Of a stretch of 64,000 bases of DNA, positions 50,540 through 64,000 are shown in pieces. The stretch is from Zootoca vivipara (Eukaryota). The translations under genes and the position numbers were made by a program. Below the pieces are notes generated by a model that was given only the letters and a program-made list of their open reading frames with translations, had not been told where the DNA came from and ran no database searches. The stretch's first letter is position 1, and every line of letters begins with the position of its first letter. Where the stretch lies: contig NC_083286.1 of NCBI RefSeq assembly GCF_963506605.1, positions 60,822,001-60,886,000 on the forward strand, read 5' to 3'.

Positions 50540-50722
50540 TCTAGCAGAGTGGGGCTGGCTGATGGTTAACACTTGGTTATGTGAGGGGGTGGTCCCTGCT
50601 CCATTGAAAGAGGCAGTGGTGCAACCGCTCCTGAAAAAACAAGCTCTGCGCCCTCTGGGTTGAAAGGTGCTGGAGCAGTTGCAGGCATTCTTGGAAGACA
50701 CATATTACCAGTATCTAGATCC
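50540..50722 (+). mobile_element. L2 ORF2 fragment
   Basis: EGVVPAPLKEAVVQPLLKK and LEQLQAFLED resemble the pre-RT region of L2. Confidence 0.6.
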
Positions 50723-50724
50723 TG

Positions 50725-51157
50725 CAGGGTTCGAAATGAGCAGGGCGCCAGGTGCTTTTTGCCCCTAAAGATTAACCATTTGCAAGCACTTCAAAAAGTT
50801 TGGGTACCATTTTTTGCACCTCAAGGATTACTGAAATTATGCGATTTGCAGCCTCGAAGTATATATTAAGAATAGACAATATGTTAAGGAATTTAACAAT
50901 AAAGAGTACAGTGTTTTGAAAATTGGAATTTTTATTGGAAACACCAAATTAAACATGAATTAACAATTTCTGTTAAAATGTGATATTAACAAAGAGTCAC
51001 TTACATGAATTAATTCATGCTTATTAAAATAATAAAAAGTGTTGCTGACACACACACACACACACCCGTGACAACTCAAAATTTTGTTTTGGCACCCACA
51101 ACCCAGGTCCCAGAAACTATTTGGCTCCTAGCTTTTCTATCCCAGTTTCTAACACTG
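50725..51157. mobile_element. hAT-like element, inverted relative to 48181-49290
   Basis: CAGGGTTCGAAA...TTTCTAACACTG; no clear TSD. Confidence 0.6.
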
Positions 51158-51518
51158 TTCAAAATAAGCCAGGTGCATTTTGCACCTGACTATTGACCAC
51201 TTGCAACTACGGTAGGGCTGGGTGATATATCAAGTAAAGATGCCTGGATGGTGCCTGAGCCTGACATCTCCACCATCTGGAGGTACATGCCTGGGGATCA
51301 TTGCATCTTGACTGTTTTCACACACTAATACCAGATTCTGTAGAATTCTATCAGTTATATTTTATGTCACCATTAAGAAGTAGGAATAGACCAATATTTT
51401 TGTGAACTGTCCCTGGATCAAGTAACTTCTTTTTTAAGTTCTCAAATCTCTTAACCTAGCTCAAGGTTGTCATCTCAACTAGCCAGATGTTTAACTGATA
51501 ATTGATCACAGTCAGTCC

Positions 51519-52467
51519 TAGTGATGTTAAATTCTCGAGAATAATCTTTTGGAGAATATTAATGAGAATTTTAGAGATTTTCATTTAAAATAGGAGAATA
51601 TTCATTTTAATGCATTGAAAATGATATAATTAGTTAATATACATGTTTATTCATGGGTAAACCTGTTCAGATGGCAACCAAAAACTACAGTTACAGTATT
51701 ACGGTACTTTTATTCAGTGGGGCAATGCAGTGAAGGTTTGATACAAGTAAATTCATAGCTCTTACACTTAATAACTGTTTTGGTGACTAAAACACAGCTT
51801 GATAAACAAAACTATATGCATACATATAAAAAAGAAGCCATTAACATTAAATATATGATCATTATATGATCATATATTTCAGAAATGTCAGTCTCTGGTA
51901 AATGGCACCTTGTACCACTGAATGTCACTGCAAAAACCAGTTACTGGCATCAAATAAAAATATAGAAACGCCAACTGTTTAAATCAAGGCCACCTCACAT
52001 GCTGTTACACATAATTGTATAGGCCTAGGTAATTTAAGTGTATAAAGCATTAAAACTACTTTCTGTTAAAAAAAAAATCACACTGTATGTCCCAGGATAT
52101 AGAATTGCTAAGAATAAGATCACACCAAAATAGAAAAAAGGCTATTACATATAGTTAAAATACATATGAATTCAAATGTTCATCAAATTAAATGAGTAGC
52201 ATTTTAAAAACTAAAAAAAATATGTTTTCTGTAGTTCACATTTCAGAACTGCCAATGGTGAATGACACAATGCTCAGTAATGTAATAGGATTTTTTTTTT
52301 TAAAAAAAAACATTACTCATTACTTACACTGGCAATATCACAGCTTGACTTATTATTTACTAGATTTTTTAAATGTGGGTTGTAAAACTGGTTCCTGCAT
52401 TTACAGTTTGTGGAAAACATTCTCCGGAGAATTTTCTAGCAGAGAATATTCTCACCTCACATCACTA
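51519..52467. mobile_element. hAT non-autonomous element (~950 bp, AT rich)
   Basis: TIR TAGTGATGT...ACATCACTA, GAGAAT subterminal repeats, TSD GTCAGTCC/GTTAGTCC. Confidence 0.75.
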
Positions 52468-52650
52468 GTTAGTCCATCAAAATGTCAACTAGACATTCCA
52501 TTTTGGCGACTTGGTTCAAGGAGCCATATGGTGCCTAGCTAATATATTTGAGTTTTCAACACTGGTTGTGGGATCAGTTTCAGCTTATGCTGCCAGCTGA
52601 GCTTTATTCTTTCTTACATGGATTATTGTTTTGTGCCATTTAGGTGTAGC

Positions 52651-52652
<2 letters not shown>

Positions 52653-52696
<44 letters not shown>
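52653..52696. repeat. (GT)22 microsatellite
   Basis: Direct reading. Confidence 0.95.
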
Positions 52697-52697
<1 letters not shown>

Positions 52698-53309
52698 CTC
52701 AAAGTAATAATGTTACACATACTTTGAGAATGAGTTACTGAACCCAATGACAGACAGCAGTTACTTATTATGGTAGAAGACTGTTCTACCCTGTAGCTGT
52801 GCTGTGTTAAAAATTGGACTTGCTTCAGCTGCCAGAAAATCAGCCTGGATGAAGGCTGCTTGGTCCTCTGAGCCTTGTCCCCACCATTGGGGGTTTGGGG
52901 GGGGAGGTACAAATGTTCCTTTTGTACGAAGAGAAGGCAGTGGATTGATAGGCGAACATCCTGTCAACATCATCCTGTGAGTAATTTGTATGAATGGGCA
53001 AAACTACTGGTACCTTTTAATGATCTGGAAAATCTTTCGATGATTGAGAGGATGGATATTATTGCAGACTATCTTGGAATAGTCTTAAGTGTGCAATACC
53101 TTTTAATGTAACTCTTTGTTACAAGGGCAACACAAGAAGACCGTGGCAGGGTTCGTTGTGCCTTATTGCAAATCAAAATTCCAGCTGCCTTAAAAAAACA
53201 CAACAACACCATCTTTGCTGTTCATGTGTGGTCACTTCTCACCCTAAATTTTCTGTTCCAGATTTTTGTTGATCTTGATTGGGTATCCTTGCAGTCACTA
53301 CCGTAGTGG

Positions 53310-53472
53310 ACATCAACAACTTTGACCAGAACCCCAAAAAAGGTCAACAACTTTGACTTTCCTCCCTAAAAAAAGCTCAACAACTTCCACCTGAAACCCC
53401 CCCCCTGAGTAGATCACTGCCAGTTTTTATCCTCTGAGTAGATCACAGCCTCCTGGGCGTTGGACGTCCCTG
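53310..53472. mobile_element. hAT end fragment related to 27075-27608
   Basis: Shares GTAGATCACTGCCAGTTTTTA...GAGTAGAT...GGACGT with the right end of that element. Confidence 0.6.
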
Positions 53473-53529
53473 TATTGACCATCCCAGTAAACTGTGGATA
53501 TATCATATTTGTCCAACAGGAGAGCTATT

Positions 53530-53915
53530 TTTTATTTAACAGATTTATAAACTGTCTCATAGCCAAAGCTATTGAAACAGTGTACAATAAGATAATCTAC
53601 AAGTAATATATATTTTTAGAACAATAAAAACCATTGCTACAATTATAGAATTAATATTTCACTAAATGACTGGGTCACATTTCTGGGAAGGGCTTCTTAA
53701 ACCAAAATGTCTTCAGTAGCTGCCTAAACATCAAGATGCTAGGTGCTGGTCTAATTTTGGCTGGTAACTGATTCCAGAGGCCTGGAGCTGCCACAATAAA
53801 ATACTGTACCAGCTTATAGTGCAAACCAAGTGCACCTCTGAGACATGTGGCATTCTCAGCAGTGCCCCATCTGATGATATAGAGGCCAAAATCATTTAGG
53901 TAACCTGACGCCAAG
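53530..53915 (-). mobile_element. L2-like LINE 3' fragment
   Basis: FIVAAPGLWNQLPAKIR..MFRQLLKTFWF. Confidence 0.7.
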
Positions 53916-55680
53916 TTGTTTGCCTTGCCTTGCACCCTTCATTTATTTAGGAGTAGAAATCCACTTACTGTAGCCAAATGTACTGTACTTGATTCCCCAG
54001 TCTTAAGGGAAATACTGTTATTATATCACTACTGAGAACTTTGGGGGCTTATCTACTATGTGAGAGGCAGCTGTGCTGCAGTGTTTTTTTCTTATTCTGG
54101 TCACAAATTTCCTGTGGAGCAAACTTAAGAGTGGCTGGAACAGCACACCCTTTGGTTCTCTAAGAACTCCAGTTGTCTGCACGTGGTCATGAAGCATGGG
54201 ATTTATAGCCTTGGCTATGGCACACTGGGCAATTCAGTCAGATTGGAAATGTTCAGTGGACAGGGATGGGATGGAGGTGGCATGCAAGAACAGGGAAAGT
54301 ATTGGCATGCACTAATTGGCATCATTTTGGCCGTCAAAATGACCTTCCGCATGATGCCCACATCTTTAGGCCCTTTGGGGGAAAAAGCTTATGCAAATTA
54401 CTTTGTATAGCAATAATGAAAGAGCCCTATATGTTGAGACCCAATGTTTATCTGGTCCTGTATTTTTTTTTACAACATCAGTTACCCAGCTATCATGCCT
54501 CTACAAAGCTTATAAGTAGGGCATGAAAGCCACAGATCTCCCATAGCATTTGTGTCTCCTTCTGATATCTCCCTCTGGGGGGTTACTGTTACTTATTAGG
54601 CCCAACTATTGATAGTGTGATATCCAGGATCCTAGCCCTTCTTAGCTCTATTTTGTAAATTGTTTGCACCTGATTTGTGTTTCCATTAAAATACTAAGGG
54701 AAAGCGGGCTGGTTAATTTAAGGGAACTGTGCATTAGCTTGTGATGATGTGTGTTGTCTGCTTAATTCTTACTGATTTGCAAAAGCTGCTATAGTATGAA
54801 AGATAAAGGCTGGCTTATTATATACACCTCATTGAGGCTGAAGGTGAAAGATGGTAATTAGTATGGAATTGCATAGTTGCATGAAGACAATAAAAATGTA
54901 TGACTTAATGTTCCCTGAACGAAATCCAATTACAGGTTAAACGTATAACAGAGAAACTGAAAATTAAATGCTTGATTTAATGTGTGAGAGAAATATGAGG
55001 CAAACCTATTTGGGCCTGCATGTGAGCAGGGAGAGATGTAGAGGTGGTACTTAAGGGCAAAATGAGAACTTCAACAACTGCAGGATTCCTCTCCCTGAAT
55101 TTGCTTCCAGCATACAAAGCAGAGTGGGGGTAAGAGAAGTTGCAGACAGATTACAGGTTAAAAGCCACTCTCTATCGGCCTCACTTCTCCCGAAGATCTC
55201 TTTCAGCCATTTAGGTCCTCTTTGACCAGGAAACAAAGTACTGTACTGTATTGGAGCTATTCTAGAAGAATGCAACTGAGAGAAGAGTTACAGAAGGATA
55301 GTGGCAAGTGAGAAAAGGCTTAGAAGGGTGCTTCTCTCCAAGGACCCCAGGCTTTCTCCTTATTAGGTTTAAATATGCTCTTTTTCATACAATAAAGCTA
55401 CTTTTGATTTATCTTTGTTGTCCCAAGTCTTCAGTAGAAGTACCACCAGGTTAGCCACCCCAGATCTATGCATTAAAAATTCTATGGTTCATTTTCATTA
55501 GGTTTATCTTTATGAGATAAAGCCAATTTACTCCCATTTACAGAACTGGGCTTTCCCATGGTCATGCAATGAGCTCATGGCAGAGGAAGGGCTTTTAAAT
55601 CAGGGCTTGACCTGTTCTTAAGTCCTAACAAATCTACTTCAGGCATGCTGAAGTCACATTGTAGTCTAAAACATCTGGAG

Positions 55681-55913
55681 CAGGGTTGGCAACCTAAGGT
55701 CCGGGGGCTGGATGCGGCCCAATCGCCTTCTCAATCCAGCCCACGGACGGTCCGGGAATCAGCCTGTTTTTAGATGAGTAGAATGCATCTCTGGGTTATT
55801 TGTGGGGCATAGGAATTCGTTCATTTTTAATTTTTTTCAAAATATAGTCTGGCCCACCACATGGTCTGAGGGACGGTGGACTAGCCCACGGCTGAAAAGG
55901 TTGCTGACCCCTG
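55681..55913. mobile_element. hAT MITE (family of 8690-9010)
   Basis: CAGGGTTGGCAACCT...AGGTTGCTGACCCCTG with a perfect TSD ATCTGGAG (55673-55680, 55914-55921). Confidence 0.88.
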
Positions 55914-58203
55914 ATCTGGAGAGCTGCAGATTAAGGAAGGCTGCTGTTCTTTCTAGACCACGCTGGCTGTCAAAAAATTCTGTTTTGAATCGGGGTCCTA
56001 AGAGTAATGGTGAGGGATTTTGCATCCTTAGGAAATGCTTCACAAATGTTGCTGCTCTCCAACAGCATTATGTTCCATGTGACAGAGAGAGAAAGATTTG
56101 CAAGCACTCCATTTTTATATACGGTACATGGATAGTTGCACCACTTGTCACAATAGAGGTATCAGTGCGTCTTTTCCAAGCTGCTTTAAAAAAACATTTC
56201 TCCCCCTCAACCTTAAGGTCTGTGTTCTATGAAGTACAGCTGTTGTGACAGTAGTGTGTAATAACAGGTACAGTCAATGAAAGATCAGATAAGAAGAATA
56301 TTTGCATCAGCTACAGTAGTAGCTACTAGCTACTAGCAGTAAAAAAATTTTTTTAAAAAATGTACTGAAGATAGTACAGAATATGTATACAAAATACATT
56401 TTGGAGGTTTGCATTAATAATCAAATAACAGATATTACACTAATTGCCCCTGCTCATTTTTTGCAGCTTTGCTCTCACTTGAATGACAATCAATGAAAGG
56501 TATTCTATAGTCCAAGTCCGTACTAAATTGGATCTGGTTTATAAGCAGGGCAATTTGGGAAAAATGGGAAAACTTGCTCCCCACCCTGTCCTGATTCATT
56601 CAGAACTGCCTAATTTCAGAGGAGTCTCCTGTTGAATCACTGTGTAAGAATAGGTGTGGACATAACTCTGTTTCAAACTTGAATCTGTTGAGTCCTTTAT
56701 ACCAGAGAGAGAGTATTGTGTGTAGATTTGTTTGGGGTTTATCAGGTTTTTAAATCTTCATGTCCACTGGATTTATTTTAATTTATATTTATTAAATGTA
56801 TATACCACCCTTCATCCAAAGATCAGAGGGCAGTTTACAGCATTAAAATTTATTTGCATAAAAGTGAATGTCTTTTGAGTTTACATTTTTGTCACTCAGG
56901 ATATGGCAGGATAAAACTAAAGAGTATATTCTTCTTTGTGGTAATACACAGAAAACAAAAGCCCAAAGGAATGCTGTGTCATTGTTCTGACACAGATTTC
57001 AATACAGTGATAATTTCACATGACTTAACATTTTTCTTTCGGCTGAAGCCAAGTGGTTGTGCTTTGTCCCAAAACCTTCATTTTTTTTGAGAGAGAGACT
57101 CCTTTTTCATAATCCCTGTTCAGTTCTAACATGTGTCATGCCCCAGTAATGTCAGGGACTTAACTCATCCTTTGATTTAGTTATGCCTCAGGTAATTTGG
57201 GGGAGGAGGGTGTTGCCGTGTCCATGTCGAAAATACTCTTCAGAATACGGTACTGTACCTTGGATTGTCTTTAAGTGAAAGTGCCACTGCCTGAGGTTTT
57301 CTGTTGCTGGTAAAGAATAGGAGCAGTTTTGTTGCAACAGGATCTCCTCCAGGTAAGGCCAGGCCTTGAGTTAGAGAGATGTGCATGTGTGGAAACACTT
57401 TTGGAATACCCAGCACCTCTGTAAGATTAGATCAGTAGCATCCAGACTTGCAGATTCTGATCATACTGAAAGTGAAGCCTTTAGGCTTGAAGTTTCCTTC
57501 TGTCTGCCAGGTGTAAGCTGTGTTGTGGAACGAGTATGTTTGTATACCCTTGGACGTTAGATTGTTGAAGGGGCAACAGACCTACCCTTGCTTTGCTGAT
57601 AATTGATACTGACATTTGACAGTTTGTGGCGTAGAGGTTGTGCAGGGGAAAGGGCTGTTGGGTATAGATTGGGGGGGTCTTGATAAACTAACACTTCATG
57701 GTTTCTTGCAGTCATTTCTTCTGGAGAAGCTGTGGATTTCCTGATTGTACACTAAAAGTTATGCTAACATGCATGCACAAATAGTATAATTGGGATCGCA
57801 ATATTTTTGGTGCAGAGTTTGGAGAGGACTGTAGTAGGGAATGGAGTAATAGCAATCTGAGCAGTCACAGTGGCAAGTTTTTTCACGAAACTTCCAGTGG
57901 CCAAAGGAGGCACATTCCCGCCCACATAAGGCCCTCTCCTCAATTTTGTTTCTGATTCTCATAACCCTTCTGCACATTTTTTAAAAAAACAAAAACTATG
58001 ATAAGTAGGATCTAAATTTTTGTGCCAGATCTTAGGTGTGTAGAACACAGGGGACTCTGTTGATAAAGAAGGTTGTGTTACCTGTCACATTAAAAAAGCT
58101 GAACTAATATTTACAGGATGACTCCACTGGATGGAGAGTATGTGTTGGAGGTGTGATGATGCAAGGTCACTAATGCTGTTTCAAAATGTCTTTCAGATTC
58201 TAA

Positions 58204-58237
58204 ATGGCTGCTCCGAAGTCAAGGTCCGACTTTCATG
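58204..58237 (+). CDS. UBAP1: UBAP1 first coding exon (exon 2 spans 58197-58237)
   Basis: tttcag|ATTCTAA ATG: MAAPKSRSDFH(G)|gtaagt; phase matches the next exon. Confidence 0.9.
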
Positions 58238-60785
58238 GTAAGTGAAATGTGTCTTTTGTTTCAGGTGTGGCAAGGGGAGGCTGCCTTTCTAAAGATAGGT
58301 TAGGGTGTTTCTAAGCATTTGGATAAGAAATAATGTGAAGGTATTCATGGAATAGCTAGCTTCGTTGTTTTTAAGCATTTACACAGAACTTTTCAGGTAC
58401 ACGGTGTCCCAAAGTGGTGTACAGAATGTTGAAAATGAAACTGTGCCAACAAATAGATCTTGAAAAATAAAGTTTAACTGGGCACTGTAATGATAACTGA
58501 TGGTGACAATTCAGCTCCACAGGGGGTGAGTTCCAGAAGTTTGGCACCACAGCAAACAAGGCCCTTTCCTGGGTCACCCCTACTTATAACAGAGTTGAGA
58601 TCTGTAACCTGAGATTTGGTGAGGATCTCTGGTCCCCAAAATAGTAGTATTGACTCGAAGGCATTCCCTTTTGACTAGGGACCTGACAATAGTAGGTTCA
58701 GTCTGGTCAGGGGTCAACCTAAAAATAAGCCATCTTCAGATAAGCAATTAAGCTAGTCTTTAATGGGCAGCCTTAACCTGGAAGAAGAAAATGTAGCAGG
58801 TTGGAAGGCAGAGGAGAAAAACAGGCTGTGCTCCACTTGGTGGGGGAGGGGTGATGGTTGTGCGTAGACACATAGCCCTTGTTGTGGTTTTCTACCCTGT
58901 GGCTCTTGCTGAACAGTGCCTCCCCCCCCACCCCCGATGTGATTCCAAGTTGACAATACAAAATTTTCACCTAAAGGAAGCTAATTATGACATAAGAGAG
59001 CTTTGCAGCAAGCACGGCTCTGGATAGTTCAAGCTGTGACTCTGCATACAAAAAGAAGACTGCAAGCTGAACGGCACAGATATCTTCTTTTGTCCTACTT
59101 GTACAATGCACTAAGCATTCGCTGAGATAAATATTTCCCCCTTCAGTGCAAACACACACCTTCTCCCTCCCCGACTAATGTCTGTACTTTGCCTAATACC
59201 AGGTGTGAGTGATCAAATCCGCTAGCATATTAGAACCGCAAATCCATTCACTCTTCTGTTCTTCTGCCACAATTTGTTTGCTGATTTTAATCTGTCCGAT
59301 TACCCGAGACCCTTTTAAATTACTGAGATTGAACATGGGGTCTTCTTCTGCGAGCAAAGCACATGTTCTACCACTAATCTATGCAGAAACTGGACTTATG
59401 AGCTGTGGGACTCCTGTGATTGCCATCCTGTGTCAGCTCTGCCAAGGGAAAATTCATTGGTGGGGGACGACTGTAACTGGAAACATCCTGAGAAGAAGGA
59501 ATATGGCACACATGCCTTTTATTTCGGGGACTTCTTCACCAGTTGTGCATTGTCACCTAGATGCGTCATATTTGTTCAGGACTGTCTCAGGTGGCCTCTT
59601 TTGCACATAAAAAGAATCTGTACTAAGGTGGTCACTATGTATAAAAGGGGTGTGGTGTAACTGACCAAGTAGAAGTAGAAAGGAGGAACTATTATTGTTC
59701 ATTGTAGTGAAGTGTCTACAGCGCCAGATAGGTGTTTTGGGAAGTCTTTACGCAAATGTTGCTCCTTTGTCCAAGAAGGTATTTCAGTTCTGAAGCGTCC
59801 CCCCCCCCAGCAATAAGCATTATTTGTTTAAGCCTTTGAGACCTAGCTTTCTCCTTTTTTTGCATTCTCTTTGTTTTCTGTGCCTCCCTCCTCTGTTTTC
59901 CATAACACTGTATGACCAAGGCATACAGTGTAAGTGCAGAATACTGAGCAGTGCACACTGAAGATATTGAGTGGCTGCATGGCTGTGGGGAAGATGACTC
60001 TTGTGTTGGTTCTCCCGCATGCGAGTTTATGCAGGGTTACACTGGCTACTTAGATAGCAGCCGGTATGGGAGATTCCAAGATGCTCAGAGCATCTTGTTT
60101 TTGTTATTTCAGACTTGGACTTTGAATTGGGAAGCAGGTGCTCTCAGAGAGTAGACAGGATGGGGCCCAGATGGACCAATGGTCCGGCTTGGTGCAAATA
60201 TATCCAACATGCATGCACCTTCCAAGCTGATCCCCTGAATCTGTTGCTCTCCCCTTTGGTTCCTGTTGGCTCTTCTTGCTTGCATAATACCATGAACTTT
60301 CCCTTCCCTGCCTGATAATATTGGACAGTGCAGCAATATGAAAAATAGGCTTGGGATGCCAGCAGCTGTTGGAAGCAGGTGTGTGAGCTCAAGGTGCCTG
60401 GGAACCCCATTAAGCCCATCTCCCATCTATGGAGGCTGCTTAACTGAAGGCATCTGCTGCTGACTATTATATAGGTGCCTAATACTATAAAACATGAACT
60501 TTCAAGCATAAAAATAGAAGGCGATTTCTAACTAAAACTGCTAGTGTGGTTATTTTTATCAGTGTTCAGGGAAATTAGGATGAAGCAGTTTTTGGAAGGC
60601 TTTTGCAGAGCCATACACTGTGTCACATTTGAATTGAATATAACCCCCGACAGTCATTTGCTTGTCTGTTGGTTTCAGACTTTTAAAGGCTTGCTGTTAC
60701 TGGGGATTTGGCCTAGATGGACAAAATGGGGTTGTATTGACTGACAAATGCAAAGTCACTGATGTGTTTCATTCCCTCTCTTTAG

Positions 60786-60910
60786 GGTCCTTCAGTTACC
60801 TCGATGACGTCCCGTTCAAGATAGGAGACAAGTTCAGAGCACCAGCCAAAGTTGGCTTGCCCATTGGCTTCTGTTTGCCTGACTCTCCACAGCTTGTAAG
60901 GGAAGCCCAG
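60786..60910 (+). CDS. UBAP1: UBAP1 exon 3 (UMA domain)
   Basis: (G)[41 protein letters not shown]; 125 nt; tag| and |gtaaga. Confidence 0.96.
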
Positions 60911-61789
60911 GTAAGACTTGCTTGTTTTGTACAGGGTTGCAATAGAAAGTCGTCTACAACTTGTGGAGGCTTCCTTCTGCATAAGCATACTCAGGACTGT
61001 GCTTTTAGATAACAGATTATTCTGCATTAACCTACTATCCATGATTAAAAGTGTTTCACTCTGAACAACTAAAGCAGGCCCCTCTTTTGTTAACTGCACT
61101 GAAACGATTGCTTCTGGTTCCCTTAAAATAGATTTGGGAAGTTTGTCAACACCTGCCCTGTGCCTGCTTTAATCCATCTCAAAGCCAAATAAGGAGAAGT
61201 AGGTTCTGAAGCAAGCTCAAGTCATCAATGCAACATCCACCTTTGTTAACCAACAGCAGAAAATTATTATTGAAGATAAGGAAGAAGAACCGCTTCCCTT
61301 GCTTGATTTAAGGGTGTTCTAAAAGTTGCTAGAAAAGGCTTTGTCTTCACAGCTGGTTGATATTGGCCTCACTTAACCTTTGCATACTCTTAAGATAATA
61401 CATTTAAGGGTTTTAATCCTGTTCCTGGTGAATGTTATCCAGTAACACAGGGGGAGTCTGCCTTATTATTTCTGTATATTTTTTTAAAAAATAAATCCTT
61501 ACATGCTCTCAAGAAGCAAACAGCAATTTCAGGTCATTTGGAACGGACAACTCTGAAAGATCCCCTAGGTTTAAAAAATAAATAAATCGTGGAGTAGAAG
61601 AAGGTTTTAAAAAGAGGGAATTATTTCTATTTAATAACTTAATATTTGGTTAATATTTAATAAAAGAAGTATACAATATTGAGTATAATTCATTATGATT
61701 ATAATGAATAAAAATTTGCATTTACTGGCAACCAGAGTACTGCAAAATGGTCCTGCTTCATCTGGGCCTCACCTTTATCATGTAAATGC

Positions 61790-62060
61790 ACAAGTGAAGA
61801 AAATCTCTGCTGATCCCAGCTGCTCTTATTTTTTCCTTAATATGTTTGACCACAAGGTTCCAGTTACTTAGCACTTCTTTATCACCCCCCTCCTTTTCTC
61901 CTAACATTGCTATAGTTTAATCATTCCCACTTGTCCCCATAATCTCATAATTAATTCTATTTTAGTTGGGTTTTGGCTTTTCTTCCAGTATGTGGCGTAT
62001 AATATTCGGTTTGATTAGATTATTTAATTTCTGTGCCATTTAATATATTAAAAATATATC
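61790..62060 (-). mobile_element. L1-like ORF2 C-terminal remnant
   Basis: Minus strand encodes RILYATYWKKSQNPTKIEL. Confidence 0.45.
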
Positions 62061-63055
62061 TAAGTGGTGAACAAGCAGAAGAAACAACAAACAGCTTGAC
62101 AAAATATTACAGAAATACATAGTTGCATATAAAATATTACACTAATATAGTTGCTAATACATATATAAATCAATATCAGTTCCTTTTCCTTCTGACACAC
62201 TCTTCCTCTCAGCCTCTGGGTTCTCACCCAGGGTTGAAACAAATTCTCAGCTCACCCATAAAAGTCCCACAACAAGAAGAGTTCCTGGAAACAGCAGTCA
62301 TCACCCTAGTATCTGTTTGTTTGTTTGTTTTCCGCCCTTCATCCTAAGGCCACAAGGCAGATTACAGCATTAAAAGCACAACATTAAACATTGGGCTGTC
62401 TGTCAGTATGCTTTATATATATGTATTTATCATTCATAGATGTTCTGTAATTTGTTTTTAACGTTGTACACCCCCATGGGATATTTATTTGGTATATAAA
62501 TGAAATGTTGTAGGTCCTAAGAACATAAACCTCAAGTGTAAAGAGGTGCCCTTTCAGCATCCTCCAAAAGCAGTATAATGAAGGCGCAGAAGCACTTCTG
62601 TATCTGGTACACTTTCACTCTTCTGTGCTTCACGTTGGCTCTTCGTTCTGTGCAACGTATCTTGACATCTCACAGCCCGTAACAGGTACGGGCAACTGTG
62701 GTGATTCTTCTCTCCCACCCTGACCAAGCTGCCATGTTAGCATAGGCTAAAATTTTGGGGGGACAAACTGGAGTGTTCATCCTCGGGTTGGTAGTAGGTC
62801 CCAAATTGCTTATACACTTAGCCATGTCATTAGAGTGTGTGACATTGCTAATTCTCCTTAGTGTCTCAGCAGCCTTTGGCATCATTGCTCACAGTATCCT
62901 TCTGAAAAGGTTCTTGAAATTGGAACTATTGGTTCCTCAGTAGTTCCATTCCTAATTTGGCAGGGGTTGATTTCCAAAGTAAGCTTTGGAGAAGATGTGT
63001 TTTCCAGTTCCTGCAGCTCTTTCTTACCTTGTTTTGTGTTTTCCTCTCCCCCCAG

Positions 63056-63976
63056 TATGACTTCTCCTTGGAAAAGAGGACTATTGAGTGGGCTGAGAAC
63101 ATTAAACGAATTCAGGCTGCCCAGCAAGAGGCTGAGCAGAGGGCTGAGGAGGCCCTAGCAAATAAAAAAGCAACCTTCGAGGAGCAGAAGCAAGCAGGCT
63201 TCCCGGATAGCGGCTGCCCAGAGAACGCTGTGCCGCCTCCCATGAACCCCATCATTGCTAGCCTGCATCACAACTACATCCTCATTCCTACCCCTGCCAA
63301 CAGCAGCACCGCAAAGCAGAAAGTTCTGAGTCCACCCCATGCGAAGGCTGATTTCAACCCAGCAGATTTCGAGTGCGAGGAAGACCCCTTTGACAAACTG
63401 GAATTAAAAACACTCGACGATAGAGAGGAGCTGAAGAACATTCTGCAGCTCCATGTTGGTACTCCGGGGCCAATCATGGCCCAACTTCTAGACAATAGCT
63501 TGCCCAAAGTAGCACCCGAGTCTGTATTACAAGACCAGGAGGTCTTGGCGTCCTTGGAAAGGGCCAGTTTGGACCTCAAGCCCCTTCACAAACCAAATGG
63601 TCTTATCGCTTTACCGCAGCTGGGGGGTTGTGAAAAGATGTCCCTGTCTTCCAAAGTGTCCCTCTCACCCGTGACGTCGGTGAGCAATATCAAGTCGCTC
63701 TCCTTCCCGAAGCTTGACTCGGACGAGGGCGACTTGCAGGCAGCAAAGCTGGCAAGCACGTTCCCCGGCCCAGCCTGCCTTCGCAACGGCACTCTCCTCA
63801 GCTCGTTGCAGAGCAAAGCCAGCGAACTGAATGGGCATCATGTGGCAGGGCTTTCTGACCTCAGCGTGGACGGTGGCCCAGAGGCACAGACGTTGCCCCC
63901 CACATCCAGACTGCCTTCCCTACCCAGCTCAGTAGCATGTACAGATGAAATTCCAGTGCTCACCACAGCCACGGTG
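63056..63976 (+). CDS. UBAP1: UBAP1 exon 4 (ubiquitin-associated protein 1, ESCRT-I subunit); gene continues beyond the window
   Basis: [12 protein letters not shown]...[17 protein letters not shown]...[14 protein letters not shown]...; 921 nt open; cag| and |gtaagt. Confidence 0.96.
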
Positions 63977-64000
63977 GTAAGTTCCTGCGCAACTGAAAAT

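Overview
Vertebrate genomic DNA, most likely from a lacertid lizard (Sauria SINE, Squam-type SINEs, BovB, L2, CR1, Penelope, hAT and Tc1/mariner MITEs). The window holds the conserved ubiquitin-pathway block UBAP2-DCAF12-UBAP1. (i) A CpG-island promoter at ~10.4-11.7 kb has two candidate non-coding first exons of a minus-strand gene. I assign it to UBAP2 by synteny only, as no coding exon was found. (ii) DCAF12 is complete on the minus strand: 9 exons, 1353 nt CDS, 450 aa, all introns GT-AG. (iii) UBAP1 is on the plus strand: exon 1 in a CpG island plus coding exons 2-4, running off the window. The most notable non-genic signals are: a weak but correctly spaced, decayed type I interferon-like reading frame (15245-15845) where other sauropsids are recalled to carry an IFN cluster; a Penelope-derived minimal hammerhead ribozyme ~250 bp upstream of the UBAP2 promoter; five co-oriented CACGTGA E-boxes in that promoter; a TSD-flanked 110-bp fold-back in DCAF12 intron 4; and several nested transposons. 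Nearly all long ORFs in the supplied track are GC-rich or repeat-derived artefacts. All homology calls come from recall and by-eye reading; no database searches were run.
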